In this document: piece by piece, positions 25,601-40,600 of the stretch
How positions within the stretch are numbered: position 1 is the stretch's first letter
How the letters are laid out: each line of letters opens with the position of its first letter
Source: Ascidiella aspersa
Lineage: Eukaryota
Length of the DNA: 64,000 nucleotides
Assembly: GCA_963924565.1 (NCBI GenBank)
Contig: OZ004612.1
Location: forward strand, 14,570,001 to 14,634,000
Reading direction: 5' to 3'
The notes under the pieces: model-generated
What the model was told of the DNA's origin: nothing
The model's input: the letters and a program-made list of their open reading frames with translations, nothing else
Database searches by the model: none
Made by a program: the position numbers and the translations under genes

Positions 25601-28600
25601 TCAACAACCAGTTTGCCACCAAACGACACAAATATCGGTCTGACAAGTGTTTGACATGTATAAAGCCGCATTTGATTACCTTAACGGAAATCGATATGTT
25701 AATGTTAGCCTGTTCTTGAACAATTCGTTATTATTTGTAAAATTCAATAAGATAGAAACGGTTGTAGAATCGTGTTAACACGGTGGTTTTAAAAAATTTG
25801 TTCCTTTTACCTAAATGTATATAAAAACGCTCAAAATATAACTGCATATTATACAAAAAGTAGCGAACGGAATTTAGAAAACGTGTTACGTGTGACTTGT
25901 GGTATTTTACATCAGTATGACTTGCAGGCAATTAAAGCGTTACACTATTAAACAAAAAATTGGAATTAATCACGAATTTTGAATGTAATACATCCTTTTT
26001 TGATGAAACTTATCATTCATCATGCTTTTACTAACCTATACCTCGCTGCAAATAATACATAGGATTTTTTAAATGTCAACCACGAAAAAGTCAGTGCACT
26101 ATAGTCAAAATTGTTTTCAGGAGAATCAGTTTAAATATAATAAAATTTTCGTTTTGGCTGCAACTTAAGATTTCTATTTTCTTTCCATATATAGCCAGCA
26201 TTGTGTGTCTATACTATTCACACTAAATTATTACATACTGTATGTCTGCAATCGCGACGTAAAGTTTCACTACCACTGTATTAACCCAAACAAGCAAACG
26301 CTTTTCTTGGCCAACTTAAATTGTTTCTTATTTTTATATATTGTTTTAGGTGAAACGAATGCGGTTCCTTTAATATTGGCAGAACCACACATAGATTTGT
26401 TTTTAACGCTTCCGGAAAATATGGAAGTTGGAAGTTACGTTGTTACATTTGGACTTGGAAGAAAAAATGGGTGAGTTTTAAAAAATATATTTTTGTTGCC
26501 ATTAATTCGCAACGACATAATAGAAAAAAATTAAGGCAATACAAATAGGTATTTACTAGGCGGTAATTAGCATCAAAATTTTATTCAAACTATTTTAAAA
26601 AGGGCAAGCACGTATGCTTTATAAAGAATAGTAATGAAAGTCTTTCAGTTACTGGTCATACTTGTTAACAAGGAAAATTTGGTTGTCTGGTCTCAACAGA
26701 TCATTCAGGGTCGAAATGTCGGACGAAAACGGAGCTGGGGATTTCTTTCAACTTACAGCAGAAAACAGAGCAAACCTCACAAACCGTTCTTTTTTTGCAT
26801 TGCAAGGAAATCAACGAACTATCAGCAATCAGACTTTCTTAGATTGCTCTTCACTGTCTGGTACGCCACCTTGTCAACGTCTTATTTTAAAAAATAATAT
26901 TTTTTATTTTTCCTTAAAACACCCTTGGATTACAATGTTGTCCTATAGAGCTTTTTATTGTTTTTCATTCATGTTGTTAATAAAAGTAATATCGTTTATA
27001 TTGCTTTTAGTTCGGTTTTGTTTTTAATAGATTTTGGCACAACGGTACCACCTCCTGTAGGAACAGTTGTTTACACTAACGACTCTCTCTGCCATGTTTT
27101 TCTCAGAAGTCGTCTAGACTTCGAAACAACACAGTTTCACCTGCTTAATATCACGGTAGAGGTGAGACAAAGCTCTTACGACCTAAAATTATCTGCAAAG
27201 CATCTAAAATTGTTTGTATTTCACAAGTTTTAGTTCAAATTAAATAAGAATATTTAAAAAAAATATTATTTAAGGAGGTCTTATATTTAAATAGCAACAA
27301 AGTTTTGGTTTGTTTCAAATGTTAATCCTGTTTGGTAGGACATTTTGTTGAACCAAACAAACTTTCTAATAATTAAAATCAATGTTGGGGATACAAATGA
27401 CAATTGTCCTGAAGTGAACGCTTCTTTGGTAAATATAACTCTTTTGAATCCCTCACTTTCTACGCACGTTCCAATGTTTGCGCTGAGTGCAGTTGACGTC
27501 GACAGCTTTGACAACTCTCTTATAAATTACGTCCACAGTGAACCAAGCGTTAGGTAAGTAATACGGCATATTTTGTTAAAACATATTAATGCTTTAGCTG
27601 TTTATAGGTTGCAATCCAATGTTTACTAAAATGCTCAGCTAATAAATAAAAGTAGGATTTGGCCTACCACAAAAAAAACTTTTTCTACACTTCCAACTGT
27701 AGTGACTTACTTAACCTAATACTAAACCCACGTATCTCAGGATTTTATTTGGGCAATAATGCGGCTAATTAAAAGTTTCAACAAAACAAGCAAAACGTAT
27801 TTAAATTGCTTGATGTTAGTGTTATTATCGCTTTTTGTTAGCTTTAAACGAAAGTTCCGCCTATGTGTAACATACGTTGTTTAGCGGAGCAAAAGATCCC
27901 CAATTTTTTATGTTATAGACAAAAACTTGAAAGGTCCAGCATTCTTTGTTTTGAAGTCGTAGCATATGACTCTGGGAGTCCAATACTGGGAAGATCTTTA
28001 TCAATCAACATTGAGGTTTATTTGACATGAATATTTTGACGTTTATGTAGCTTAAATGTTATCTTACTAATTTAATCCGTTTTGAATATTGTTAATCTTT
28101 AATAATCACTTTGCAATTTTGAGTTAAATCAACCACTTAATTTAGAAAAGCCTGATTTTAAACTTTAACAAGACGATTGTTCTAGTAACTATACTTTTCT
28201 CATGTCTCCACTTGGATCTTCCATAAGTTCAGATTAGCCGATGCCGATACCAAGTGGTATTTTTGCTACAGGTCCGATAGTAATGTTGTATCGGTACCAA
28301 TCAAATACCAGAGTAATACTAGAATTTCAGTCATGGTTTGTAATCCCACCCACCGACCCTACCGTTTAAGGAGATTTAACGAAAAGACAAATATTGACCT
28401 AAGATCGGAAAATGGTAGTAATGACGTAATTTGGTATACGATAGGGTCGTGAAACTTTTTACAAAATATCGGCTTTCGGTATCGCAATAAATTGTCAACT
28501 ATCGGACATCCATATATTTCCCACCATTTTTTTTTATTTCAATTGTTTTCTATAGATATCGGATACTTGTCTTTATGATTCTTTTGGGCATCAGTTGAAT

Positions 28601-31600
28601 TATTTCATTGAGTTAGAGTCAAAAAATAATAGTGGCACAGCAAAATTCTTTCTACGCCTTCCAACGAGATACGCCTTAACGTATGGTAAGTTTATTACAA
28701 TAACATTTAGACTTATAAAAACGTTACCTAATGACCTTCGGTACTGATACTAATAAAGCAGCGCGGTTCTCTATAATACAGTTGTTTAGAAAAAAACATA
28801 CATTTAAAACTGAAATAACGACAAATGAATGCGAACGCGAATTGTCAATTACCACAAAGGATTTGTGAAAAACATTCAGTTTACTAACGCTGTCTAACCT
28901 TTCAATATCTAATGGCCAGGTTATAAAGAATGTGTCAGGATCTCATTGTATAAACAAACAGTGTCTAAGTTTGATTGACGAATTTATAAGACGTAAAACG
29001 CCTAATGCGGATTGTGTAGTCGACCCTTGGCAACGCCTTGTCCTAGTTGATAAAGTATAAGCACTATTTCCTACCGTTTTTTATGTGCTGTTGTCGTTCG
29101 AATTTATTATTCCCATATAGCATGTCTGTTAAATACTAATAACCCACTTACAATCAATTAAAAAAGAAAGTTTTAGTTGCTATTTGTCTTTTGTAGATTG
29201 TACCCTGCCAGTTGGAATTGAAAGTGGCACAATCGGCAACTCGGCTATAAGAGTGTCGTCTGTGAGGGATACCGGCGAATGTGGTCATGTGTATCACGGA
29301 CACTTCGCCAGGCTCAATCGGGAATCGACATTTGACAAACACGGATTTCTTTTGGTCGGTGCTTGGGTGGCGGAAGACAACGATACGATGCCTTGGATTG
29401 AGGTGCCTTAGATTTTGTCTAAATTGTTTTTCAGGGCGACCTTTTTTTAAAGATCGGTCACTTTTCGATTGTTTGATATAAATAGTAACTTCTCTGTGTT
29501 TTCCTGATTTTAGTTTTTGCTAAAGAACGTTGGTTAGTACGTTCTGTTTCAACTGAGTTTCAGAAATTTCCATGGTAGGAATAAAACACAGTTCGTAGTA
29601 AGTTCAAAATAGGACTAAAATCTAATAGTCAGAATATGGTCAAAGTCAAAAAAAAAATACCTATACCCATCGGAATAACACCTAATTGGCCAGAATAAGT
29701 TCTAAAGAACCTCTTACCTAAAACCTCAAAAGTCACCCCTAAATCGTAACTAAGTTCAATTCAGGACGCCCAAACGCCCATACTAAAACGGCCGATGCCA
29801 GCCCGATGGACGCCCCATATCCTCGCCAGACTGTTTTTTTAAAGAGTTATTCAGGCCAATTAGGTCTTGTTTCGACGATTTTTAACTTATTTCCACAGGA
29901 TTAGACCTTATACCAACAATATACGGCTTTATTTCGTCGTAGATGTTGCTGCGTGTTTTTCAATTTTAAGTATTGTTGTTTTCTAGGCTCTATTGTGTGT
30001 TTTCTTTTTATCATTATACTTCTGACAATTGAATACCTGCAGAAAATTGACTTTAGGTGGCTATATCACTGCTTATAGGAAGTGAATATGGTCAATTATG
30101 ATGCGTTTGATTCGTGATCTAATCAGGATACGTTATTTATTTGGCCCGTGGTCAAATCTTGATAAATGAATTTGACGCATTGGAATAAAAGGTTCCACAT
30201 CTTTTTTAGAACAATTCCGTTGAAAGACCAATTGCAGCATTGATAGACAAGATACATATTGATGTATTCTGTCATGACCTAGTTAATAAAGCACCACCTA
30301 GCACAACTAATTCAATATATCAGCAACTGTCAAAATTTTCGCAAACGTTTTTTATAGTAAAAAAACACGAAGCTATTAATGGCTTCTTGGCAGCAATTGC
30401 AGTGGTCAGGTTGTAAAATATACTTACACAAATTGTTGTTTATAGGTATCCCTTGAAGAGAGTACAAGCCTTACATCCATAGCTACGCAAGGGTTTGAAG
30501 ATTTCAACTTCTGGCTAACTCACTATTACGTAACATTCAGCAATGATGGAGTTAATTGGCTAATTTACATTCCACAAAATTCAATGGCGATAAATGGTAA
30601 TTATATGAGAAATATTGTTGAACAGATATTTTGCACACGCTTCGCGCAAATCTTTTTGTAATGTCTTACAATGATTTTTGGAAGAACTTAGCCCAAAAGC
30701 GCCGTGCGCAAACGGCATTCTAAAGAATTTTCCTATACAAATCATGTTTCATCCTGGCAAAAATATTTTTGTCTGTTTTTTTACATATAACATAAAACCG
30801 TGAGTATGACGGGTGTATTAAAATTAAATTTAATTTTGCGTTGACTTGGACTCTCTCCAAATTAATATTTCTGTCAAACTATATTATTTTTAGCAAAAGC
30901 TACAAAATTATCCTAAAATACGCAATTACATATAACAATGTGCGAACCGTTTTTGTGCGTCTTCTGCTGTATTAAAGTTATTGTCGAATAAGCCTTAACG
31001 AGGTCACGGTATAGAAACATCCTGAAACAGCCCAGCTCCTGTTTGTTGTCCGCCTAAAACTCGCGAGGAACATCGTGACCCCTGAAGAGTTTCAGACATA
31101 ACGCCAAAACAATTAAAGCAAAATTTACGACTTTTCTTGAGGAAATGGTGTGATTTGCGATTATAGCTTACCAAACTGACTCCAAATAAAGTGGATTAGA
31201 GATGACCAAGCGTGTGTATTTTAATAAAGTAAACACTATATTTACTGATTCAGGCCGGGTCAAGTGATGGTGCTAACTTTTGTGATATAAAGACATATTT
31301 TTGCCTTTCCCGCAAATTTCTGTTCACTTCTACTGTGTTTTTTTTTCCGCTTTTAGAAAGACTATTCGGCGCGCTATTAAAACCATTGATTTACAGGACC
31401 CTAATTCAGGCAAAAATTATTACTAAAACAGTTTTCGTGTTAATTTAAATAGCTCCTTCGACACTAACTTCGTCAAATAATCTGTCAATATAGTCCGAGC
31501 TATATGAATACGTTTTGCATTTTGGAGTATATTATATAGCCATTAAATCACTATTTTTCGTCTGTCGACAGACACAGGTTGTTCTTCACCGAATACCGAA

Positions 31601-34600
31601 GAGTTTGAGTCGATTTACTCAGCATCGTCAAGTGGCGAAAGTGTCAATCTCTGTCTTAAACATCAGAATAACGTTACTGGGGATATCGGAAATTTGTCGT
31701 ACGTTATTCGGGGAAATGACGATGCAAACTCGACGGTAAAGGTGGACTTCAACCCGACGTTTATTGCAAAATACGTGAGGTTGTATCCGATTGCTTGGCA
31801 CAGCGGGATCGGGATGCGTCTGGAGTTGTTCGGTTGTGTTGAATCAAGACGATTAACAGGTTATTAAATGTAGCACTATATACAACAAATTATGGTGCTC
31901 ACAATCAAGTCTAGGTCAAGTGATTAGCGAAATAAAACAATAAATTATTAAAACTGTTAAACCTAGCAGATACTGAGCGATATTTTGATTGGCAAAACCA
32001 AACTTTTTTACCAGCAAAATATCGGCGAAACAATAACCAAAAATTACCAACAAACTATTTTAAAATATTTAAATATAAGGTAATTTGTTTGCCTGAAAAA
32101 CTTTCATTTGAATGTGTATTAAATAAAAAATCGCCAGTGGAGAGCAAATGCTACCCGTGTCCGACAACGTACTACTGTCCTGGTGACGGAACGATGCTTC
32201 CATGCGGAAGGTGTCCTACGGATGACAACTCAACTAGTTTAGATCCAGCCGATTGTGGAAGAAGCTCTACCGAGCACAGCTTTGGGGCGGCCGAAGCTTG
32301 CGAAGCTTGTCCGCTCGGTTATGTGAGTTTTTAGATTCTAGCACTATACTGGGCGAAATACTATTTCAACTCAATTTATTGTGTTAGCAAACTGAATGGT
32401 GTTCTATACTCATAAAATGGTTTTGTATGGAGTCGATTTCTAACGGTAAATAACTTCTTGCTAAAATACTATCAGTGCGTTAAATTTACAAACTGTATTT
32501 TAGTGCTGTTGAATATACACTTTGTTTTAGTTATTTACTTTCATAAAAGAATATTTTTTAGGCAAATTTTTGTTATGTTAATTGGTGTTATTGCAAAAAA
32601 ATGGAATATAACTGCGAAGTCATACAACATTTTATATACTAACATGCTTCATTGCGTTAGACTATAAATCTACAACTGTTCGCCGCCGCTTGGGTAAATC
32701 GCTATTTTTGCGTTGACGCAGACTTGTAAGAATGGGTTAGCAACCCGCTGTCCGAAATTTACTTTCACCGAAGTTTGCAATGCAACTGAGTGTTCAGCTT
32801 GTACGCCGTGCGAAGCGGGTCATTCCTGCTTGGTTGGTGTGATGACGTCATGCCAACCAGGAAGGTTTTCTGAAGACGGTCAAACAGGTAACTTCCTTTT
32901 TGTAACAAAAAAAAAACGCTATCCAGCAGAAAACAAAGTATGCATCGTTGCCGCAATATTATTAATATCTGAGTTATAAAACGAATTTTCTTTCGAATAA
33001 CAGAATCTGCTTAAATCTGGATGGTGAAACAAACGATTCTGGTTGCACATCAATGATAAAGATTAAACTAAATATAGAACTTGGTAAACCGAAAATCGGT
33101 TTGTTTAGATGTTGATTCATTCGAATTAAGATACTGATGATGCTTTTAACAGCGAAACAAATGCATCATAATTAACTCATATCAAAACAATTTTTTTTTT
33201 GATAAAATGAAAGATAAATTTCAAAATAACCGAACGACCAATTTCAAAAAGCTGACTTTAGTTTTTTTTTAATTTTTTAAGCGATTTATGTGCAATTTTA
33301 TTCAATTTTAACTTACAAAAATATTGACAAATTTTGACCTAACGTGTAAATTTTGACAAAATTTTGACTTTTTTTGACAAGTCAAAAAATATTCGCCCTA
33401 ATCATAATATAACAACTAAACAAACTGATTTTCGGTTTACTAACTTCTGTACTTAGTTTAATCTTTATCTGAGTTATATTGTATAAAATATTATTTTGCC
33501 TAGGAGATTTGGTAAATGAACAAACATGTTATATTTCGTTATATATTACTCAATATGATCATAGTATATTACACAGTTAAAAAGAACAATAAATCGAAAG
33601 GGTAAGAAAAATACGTAACGTGTACTGTAAAAATGAATTCGATAAGATGCGTTATTATGATAGACGTTAATCGTTAAAACTTGCACAACTTACAAGCATT
33701 GACGTCTATCATAATAATGTACCTTTTACAGATTACTGTTTTCCATGCCCTAGTGGAACTTTCACCAACATTTCCTCATCAACTGCGTGTAGCCCCTGCG
33801 CGTCGGGTAATTATGATTTCAACATATTGTTTATAAGATAGCAAGTGACTTGTACATATCGCGCTTTTACTTTCGAAGGTTACCAAAGCACACCTGGTTC
33901 AATGCAGTGTTTTCCTTGCATGAATCAGGAATGGTCTAAGGCTGGTAGCGCATTTTGTGAACCGTGTTTCGACGAATGTACGTATATTTTCCAATTAATA
34001 TTATATGTTTAATCGTTCACCCGGTTGTGTATAAAAACGAGCATTAATTCGGTGGTTTTACAGGCAAGTGTAAGCATCCTTCTTCTCCGTGCTTCCAAGA
34101 CGTGGAGTGCATCAATATTTTCGATGTTAATTCCACTTTCCATTTCATGTGCCTCGACTGTCCCAGAGGATTTACTGGTGACGGGGTTAACTGCACAGAC
34201 GAGGACGAGGTAAACAAAAAATATTTTCAAACTGTTAATTATAGGCCTATGTGTTTTTTTTTAAGATTTTCGGGTGCGTGATATTTATATTATAGTTTTC
34301 CATTCTCGTGACTAAAGTTTTTAGTGAACTATACTTGTCGCATAATTCTGAATCTATAAATTCAAGTCAATCTCTGCAATAGATATAATCCTACCAAAAG
34401 AGAGGTAAAAGGGGATTTGAACCAACCATATTCATAACGTTTTAACTAAACTATAATAATTTTTTTGTGGACAACCGTTAGATAATTTAATTTAATTTAA
34501 GAAAAGTTATTTTAAAATTCTGTTTTAGTGTGCCTCTTCAACCAATCCATGCTTCAGTAAGGAACTGTGTGTCAACACATATGGCGGTTTTCACTGTGAA

Positions 34601-37600
34601 GGATGTCCCATTGGATATCAAGGTGATTTTTATGCCGGATTCGGCGTAAATGATACGTCACCAAAACAAGTATGTCAAGACATAGATGAATGTGCTCACG
34701 ATGCGTGCGATCCTTTGGTATCCTGCGCAAATACAGTGGTTAGTTTTCTAAGTTGATGTTAGGTAAACTTATATTAAATCTAAACTTGTGAATTTTCTAA
34801 AAATGTATATACTTTTGTGCGTCAAGGGAAGCTACATTTGTGACCCATGTCCTGATGGTTACACTGGATCAGGATATTCAACTTGCACAGTTTTGAATCC
34901 ATGCCTATCGTTGTCCATGCGGTGCAATCACAATGCAACCTGTAGAAACGTGAATTTCAACAACGCAATTTGTGAGGCAAGTGTAATAATCCATTTGATT
35001 TATGTTAGTTCGGACATCGGTTAAGGAATCTTTAAGTAGCACAATATTTTAAGAAGGTATACTATGTGGAACGATTAACACATGGCAGCCTTGTTTAACC
35101 CATAACAAGTGTGTTTTGCAAAACATATTTCAGAATTTAATATCACACAAAGGCTAAAATAACATTTTATCTTACACGTATTCACGCAAAAATATATATC
35201 TAAAAATATAGCAATGTTTGTATGTTGCAGGAGTTACACTGGTATTTACAGTATAGTTGATCAATAATATCTTATATGACGTAATTTATTTTGCGTAACA
35301 ATTTCATAAGCAGTCCTTTTGTTAGGGAAATTTTTACATTATTTTAAAACTTTGAACTGTTTTTAATGATTCATCAGTGACCAGGTCGTAATTCGTCTGT
35401 GGTAGCTCATTTCATAAAACCAGAGTATTGCATCCAACCTTGGATATTTCCAAAGTAGAGGAACTCGCTTGGAAGGAAATATAAAAAAAAAACAATAAAC
35501 AAATTTTTTTTGTTTTACCTTGTAGTGCGAAGTCGGGGGAACAGGCCCTGGTGTAACTTGCGGCACGGATGACGATGCAGACGGTCAACCGGACTTCTTT
35601 ATATCGTGTGCTGACATCGGTAGGTGCGCCCAGGACAACTGCCTGGGCATCCCGAACAGCGGACAGGAAGATACAGATGGGGATCGCTTCGGTGACGCAT
35701 GTGACAATGACGACGACGGCGACTTGATTCCGGATTTGATTGTAAGATACACTTTCGATATGACTTAAGTCAATGGCTTCACTTAAGTTTAGTAAAGTCG
35801 CTGTTTTCCCTTACTTTACTTAGATATTTTCTCCTAAATTGATTGACTTGCATAATGGTTTGTTAAAAATGACGTGATTTAGACTTGAGTCACTTGGTTG
35901 AAAAGTAGTTTTAAGTGCTTTCATTGAATAGGACAAAACTAAAATTTGGTAAATTTTTTCGAACTCTGTTCGAAAACAAATCGCTTGCTATTTGCATTGT
36001 TTTTGGTGATTGCATTTGAAAATAATGTATGGAATATACTAGTTTTGTCAGTTATGGTTATAGAAAACAAGTTTTGTGCTAATGATTTTAGTTGACCATA
36101 ACAGTGGTTTCATACCAGTGTGCCGTTGTTAACGCTCAAGGGTGCCAAGTTATATTTAGAAATTTTTAATGTATATCATTTTTGCTCTTTTGGTAAACCT
36201 CTTGATGCTACTTTTGTTATTTCTGGGGTGTGCCGGACACCAAGAAAGGTTGGGAACCGCTGTGCTAAAAAATGAATTGCACTCGGATTTAACTTTGCGC
36301 ATTTGTCAAAAATAGCGTGTCTTGGACGATTTTTTTTTAATGACCTAATTGGACTTACATTACATCAAAATAGTTTTTTTCTAGTTTTCAACATGGATTT
36401 ACTTTTTGTTGCTATGTCAAACCCCGGTGCCGGTGTTTCACACAGGGTCGTGACATTTGTTTGTTAGTGGATTCCTAGCAAACACTTATATTTAATCTAG
36501 AAGAAAATTTAAACAAGTTTTCTAATTAAAATTCGAACTGCAGGCCTATGACCAACCGAAATGCTCAATCGAACCGATTTTTCAGCTTGACCTATACATA
36601 GGCCTTACCGAATACTAAAAGCGAATTTACCTGTAAACTTTATTCTGCTAATGCAGTATTGTTGCAATGTATTAAGTTACAATGTTGCAGGACAATTGTC
36701 CACTAGTGGCCAATTACGTAGCGTCAGGCTCGCAGCTGGACACCGACGGGGATGGTTTCGGTGACGAATGCGACACTTGCCCACACCTACCAGGACAATT
36801 TGTGGATACAGACAGTGACGGGTTTGGAGATGCATGTGACGACGATGACGACAACGATGGTACTTCCAAACTTAATATTTATTTATGTGTACTTACCAGC
36901 ATCATTCAAGAGGAGCGGTTGTAGCCGTTCTAAGCTTTGCCTACCGGTAAAGAAAAAAATAAGCCTAACTTTTCAGTTGTGCGACACCTTTAAATTTATG
37001 AAGGCGTTGTGCGACTCTTTAGGTTTGAAAGTGGTAAAAATAACACTTTCCGCTGTCGGCACACATTTGTTGAGGAAATGTGTAACATAAGTTTGAGACT
37101 GTGTTTAGCATTCATTTTGAAATTTGCATAATAAATGCATATTTATCAAAATAATGTTCTAAATATGTTTTTTAACATTTGGACCCTAATGTTTTTTGTA
37201 AAATTGTCTCACAACAATTCTCAGACAGACTTGTTATGCCTGTAGGCTTCCTAGCTTTAATATAATTGTATGTATTTTAAAAACCTAACCTTTTTGTGGC
37301 ATACACATATTAAACCTATTATAAACAAGAGTTATTATGGGTCGTGTAACATTTCCATTATTTTATATCCAAATGTCACAACTGGCTTAAAAATCGTTCA
37401 CAAAATTATCGAACAAACGAAGATAAACACTTCCCTTACTCATTTTTTGGAATTTAGACGACATTGCTAAAAGTAAAACTTATTAATCTCAACCAGGTGT
37501 CAGTGATGCTTTAGACCTGTGTCCTCTCGAATCTTCGGTGACCCTTGGACCAGATGCCGATGTCGACGGTGTGGGTGATCTATGCGACAACTGTCCCAAT

Positions 37601-40600
37601 CACAGCAACCCCGATCAGTTGGACATGGACCAAAATGGCGTAGGAGATGCTTGCGACAATGGAATTGACGTGTAAGTCAAATGACCCACCATCTACACCT
37701 GAAAAGTTATGCTCCTTTGTAGCTGGAGAAACTGAGAAATAGAATATAGGTTTAGAACTCCATTTGTAGATATATGTGATTCTTACTACTTCTCCTGCAA
37801 ACAATTCTGATGCTAATTTGTTGAACTGTGAAATATTTAATAGTATGGTCCATAGTTGTGTGTCTTGTATATTTTCAAATAGGGTATGATTTAAGGATAT
37901 TTCGAGCAAAACTATAATGTATCCATCAATACAGAACGGCATTTTCTATAGTGTATCCATCAATACAGAACGGCATTTTCTATAGTGTATCCATCAATAC
38001 AGAACTGCATTTTAATTTAATAAAGTTTTTGTTAAGTGACGGAGATGGTGTGATTAACGACCTCGACAATTGCCCAACCATCCCCAATCCAAGTCAGTCC
38101 GACTATGACGTGGATGGTCTGGGAGATTCTTGCGACCCGGATATTGATGGAGATGGTGTAGAGATGAACGGCACGGACTTCTGTGCTTTTTATTTTGACA
38201 CGACAGCAATTAATGGTACATACAGTGATTTGTTACGAGCTTTACACAAACACCCGACTTGAACTCGTGGTAAACTCGGAAACGACCCTGAGAAGCACCC
38301 GTTGCATAAAAATACTTCAATTGAATGTCAACTTTTTTTAAAGTAACGCTTCTGACATCGCTCTGCAACTTTCAGCAAAAGTATCGCTTATATACTTTCT
38401 AACGTATACCGCTAGTTTTAGTGGCGTAATTTATTTGGATTGAAGGTTGTGAACGTGGTTTCTCTTATCAAGCAATAGCATTAAGTCACCGTTTATACAA
38501 GAAAACGCAACAAATCGTTTTGCGCAATATTAGTTCCCCATCCTATGCTTTACATGCAAGATTCTGCTTGCCGGCTGGACTTTGATGCGGACGGAGTGAA
38601 CGACGCAGAAGACACGTGTCCAAAAGATCCGTCAATCGTGACAAATTCTTTCGAACGTCATACTCTTGTCGAAATAAATGCGGGAACACCAAACCCACGG
38701 TGGAGAGTGCTGAATCAGGTTTGTATAGGTTGTTCTCAAAAGTTTAAATATATAGCCAAATACCAATATTTTGGATAAGATTTTAGACACCATTGCGATC
38801 AAGTAAGCCCAAATAAATTATAAACTTGGAAGAGTTAGATTGCCTGGTGCCGAAATACGATTATTACTATACTGTACTGAAACAATGCAGTAAAACGAGA
38901 CATAATTTGTTCGGGAACAAAGCAACTTTAAAACATTAAATTATATGTTTTATCTTTAAAAGTAGTTTTACATAGTAATTATTAAAAGGTGCCCTAATTG
39001 CTGAAGAAGTTGGTAAGTCACACTATACTTAGTTTGTAACACATACGTTTATTTTAATATTGTGCATCAACTTTGGTTATGCTATAAAACGAATCAATCA
39101 ACTTATATCAGGGTCGGGAGATAACACAAACTGTCAACTCTTCCGTCCCTTCGTTGCTGATTGGCCAGCAGCGTTACGGCTCAATGAACTTTACTGGCGG
39201 TATTTTCGTTAACGAAGAGAGTGGAACTTCAAACTACATTGGGCTGGTGTTCGGCTACCAATCCAACCGCAAGTTCTACTTGGTTTTGTGGAGAGGATAC
39301 GACGACGGAAGATTTCTCACGGGAACTGTTGGAATGCAAATTAAGGTGGGAATATTTACATTTACGCTGGAATTTTTGTAAATGGGAGTAAAAAGACAAT
39401 TCCGCAAGACTTATTAAGTTCGATTTAACATAAACTAGCTTTATGGAAAAATATAGCAAAAAGTATTGGTAAACCTAATTTGCTTTAATGTTTTTTTAAC
39501 TAATTGTATAGGCTGTTAGTTCAACAACTGGTACGGGAGCAGCGTTGGCTGATGCTCTTTGGTTCGTTGGGGACACAACTGGTCAAACAGAAACCCTGTA
39601 TCACGACCGCACATTAGCGCCTTGGAACCACAAAGTACCATACCTGTTTCGCATTATACACAGGTAAAGCGGCTTTCGTATAATAATACAAAGAAAGAAA
39701 CCTTTCAAAATGCTTCACAATTAACTAAAATCTAAAGCGACTTTTAATCTTATTACTTAGCTTAAACTACTAAAAAAGAGACATAAATGTTTATAAACGT
39801 AAAACCTAGTGTAAAACGTGCAATGAAGTGTCAACCACATAATTCGCATGAACTGTCATCTTTATTTTTTTTTAAATAGCAAACACATATAGTTTTGATT
39901 AAATTTTAGGCAAGATGGTCCGATTAAACTTTGGTATTAATTAATCCTTTTGAAAACATATCAGGACGCAACTCGATAAATCGCCAACCGATAATTTAAT
40001 TGTATATGTATAAAAACACATAATCCCGTTAAGTTGTCGTTGGCATCAACCTTTACCCGAAAACGTTCGAACGCCGTTAGGTAAAATAATACTAACGAGG
40101 TTTCTGTAAATAAATGTGCTGAATTACATGCCCTATTAATTTACGCATATTGTATAGAGCTTCAATCGGGCTGATTCGAGTCATCATCTTTTTTCGTGGC
40201 GAAATCCTGATTGACAGCGGTCCAGTGTACGACACGCGATACAACGGCGGCAGGGTTGGAGTCATTTCGTTTCAACAGGGAAACGTGATTTGGTCAAACC
40301 TGCAAGTGAAATGTGTCGACAGGTCTTGATAACAATGTTTAGTTAGTTTTATAAAAAAAAAGTGATACTTGAAATTGCTTTTACTTTTGGTGGTTCTCTC
40401 ATTTAACGTGTTGATTATTTCCTATTTCACATTATGTTCGGGTTAGTAACAGTGGTGAAAGTAAGCCTGAAACGTCCCGGAACGCCGGAACTGTAATATA
40501 ATTGCTATCGGAACTGTGTTTTAAACTAAATTTCCAATACATATTTATGGACTACAGCAAAAGATAACCTCAGGTTTCAATTAATCTAGTTTCACTACTG

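Noticed and set aside
27880-27960. Alternative longer cadherin exon needing two homopolymer frameshifts
   Set aside because: The acceptor at 27918 gives an in-frame exon with no corrections.
37580-37942. 120-aa minus-strand ORF
   Set aside because: Partly antisense to a TSP3 exon; the rest has no recognisable motif.
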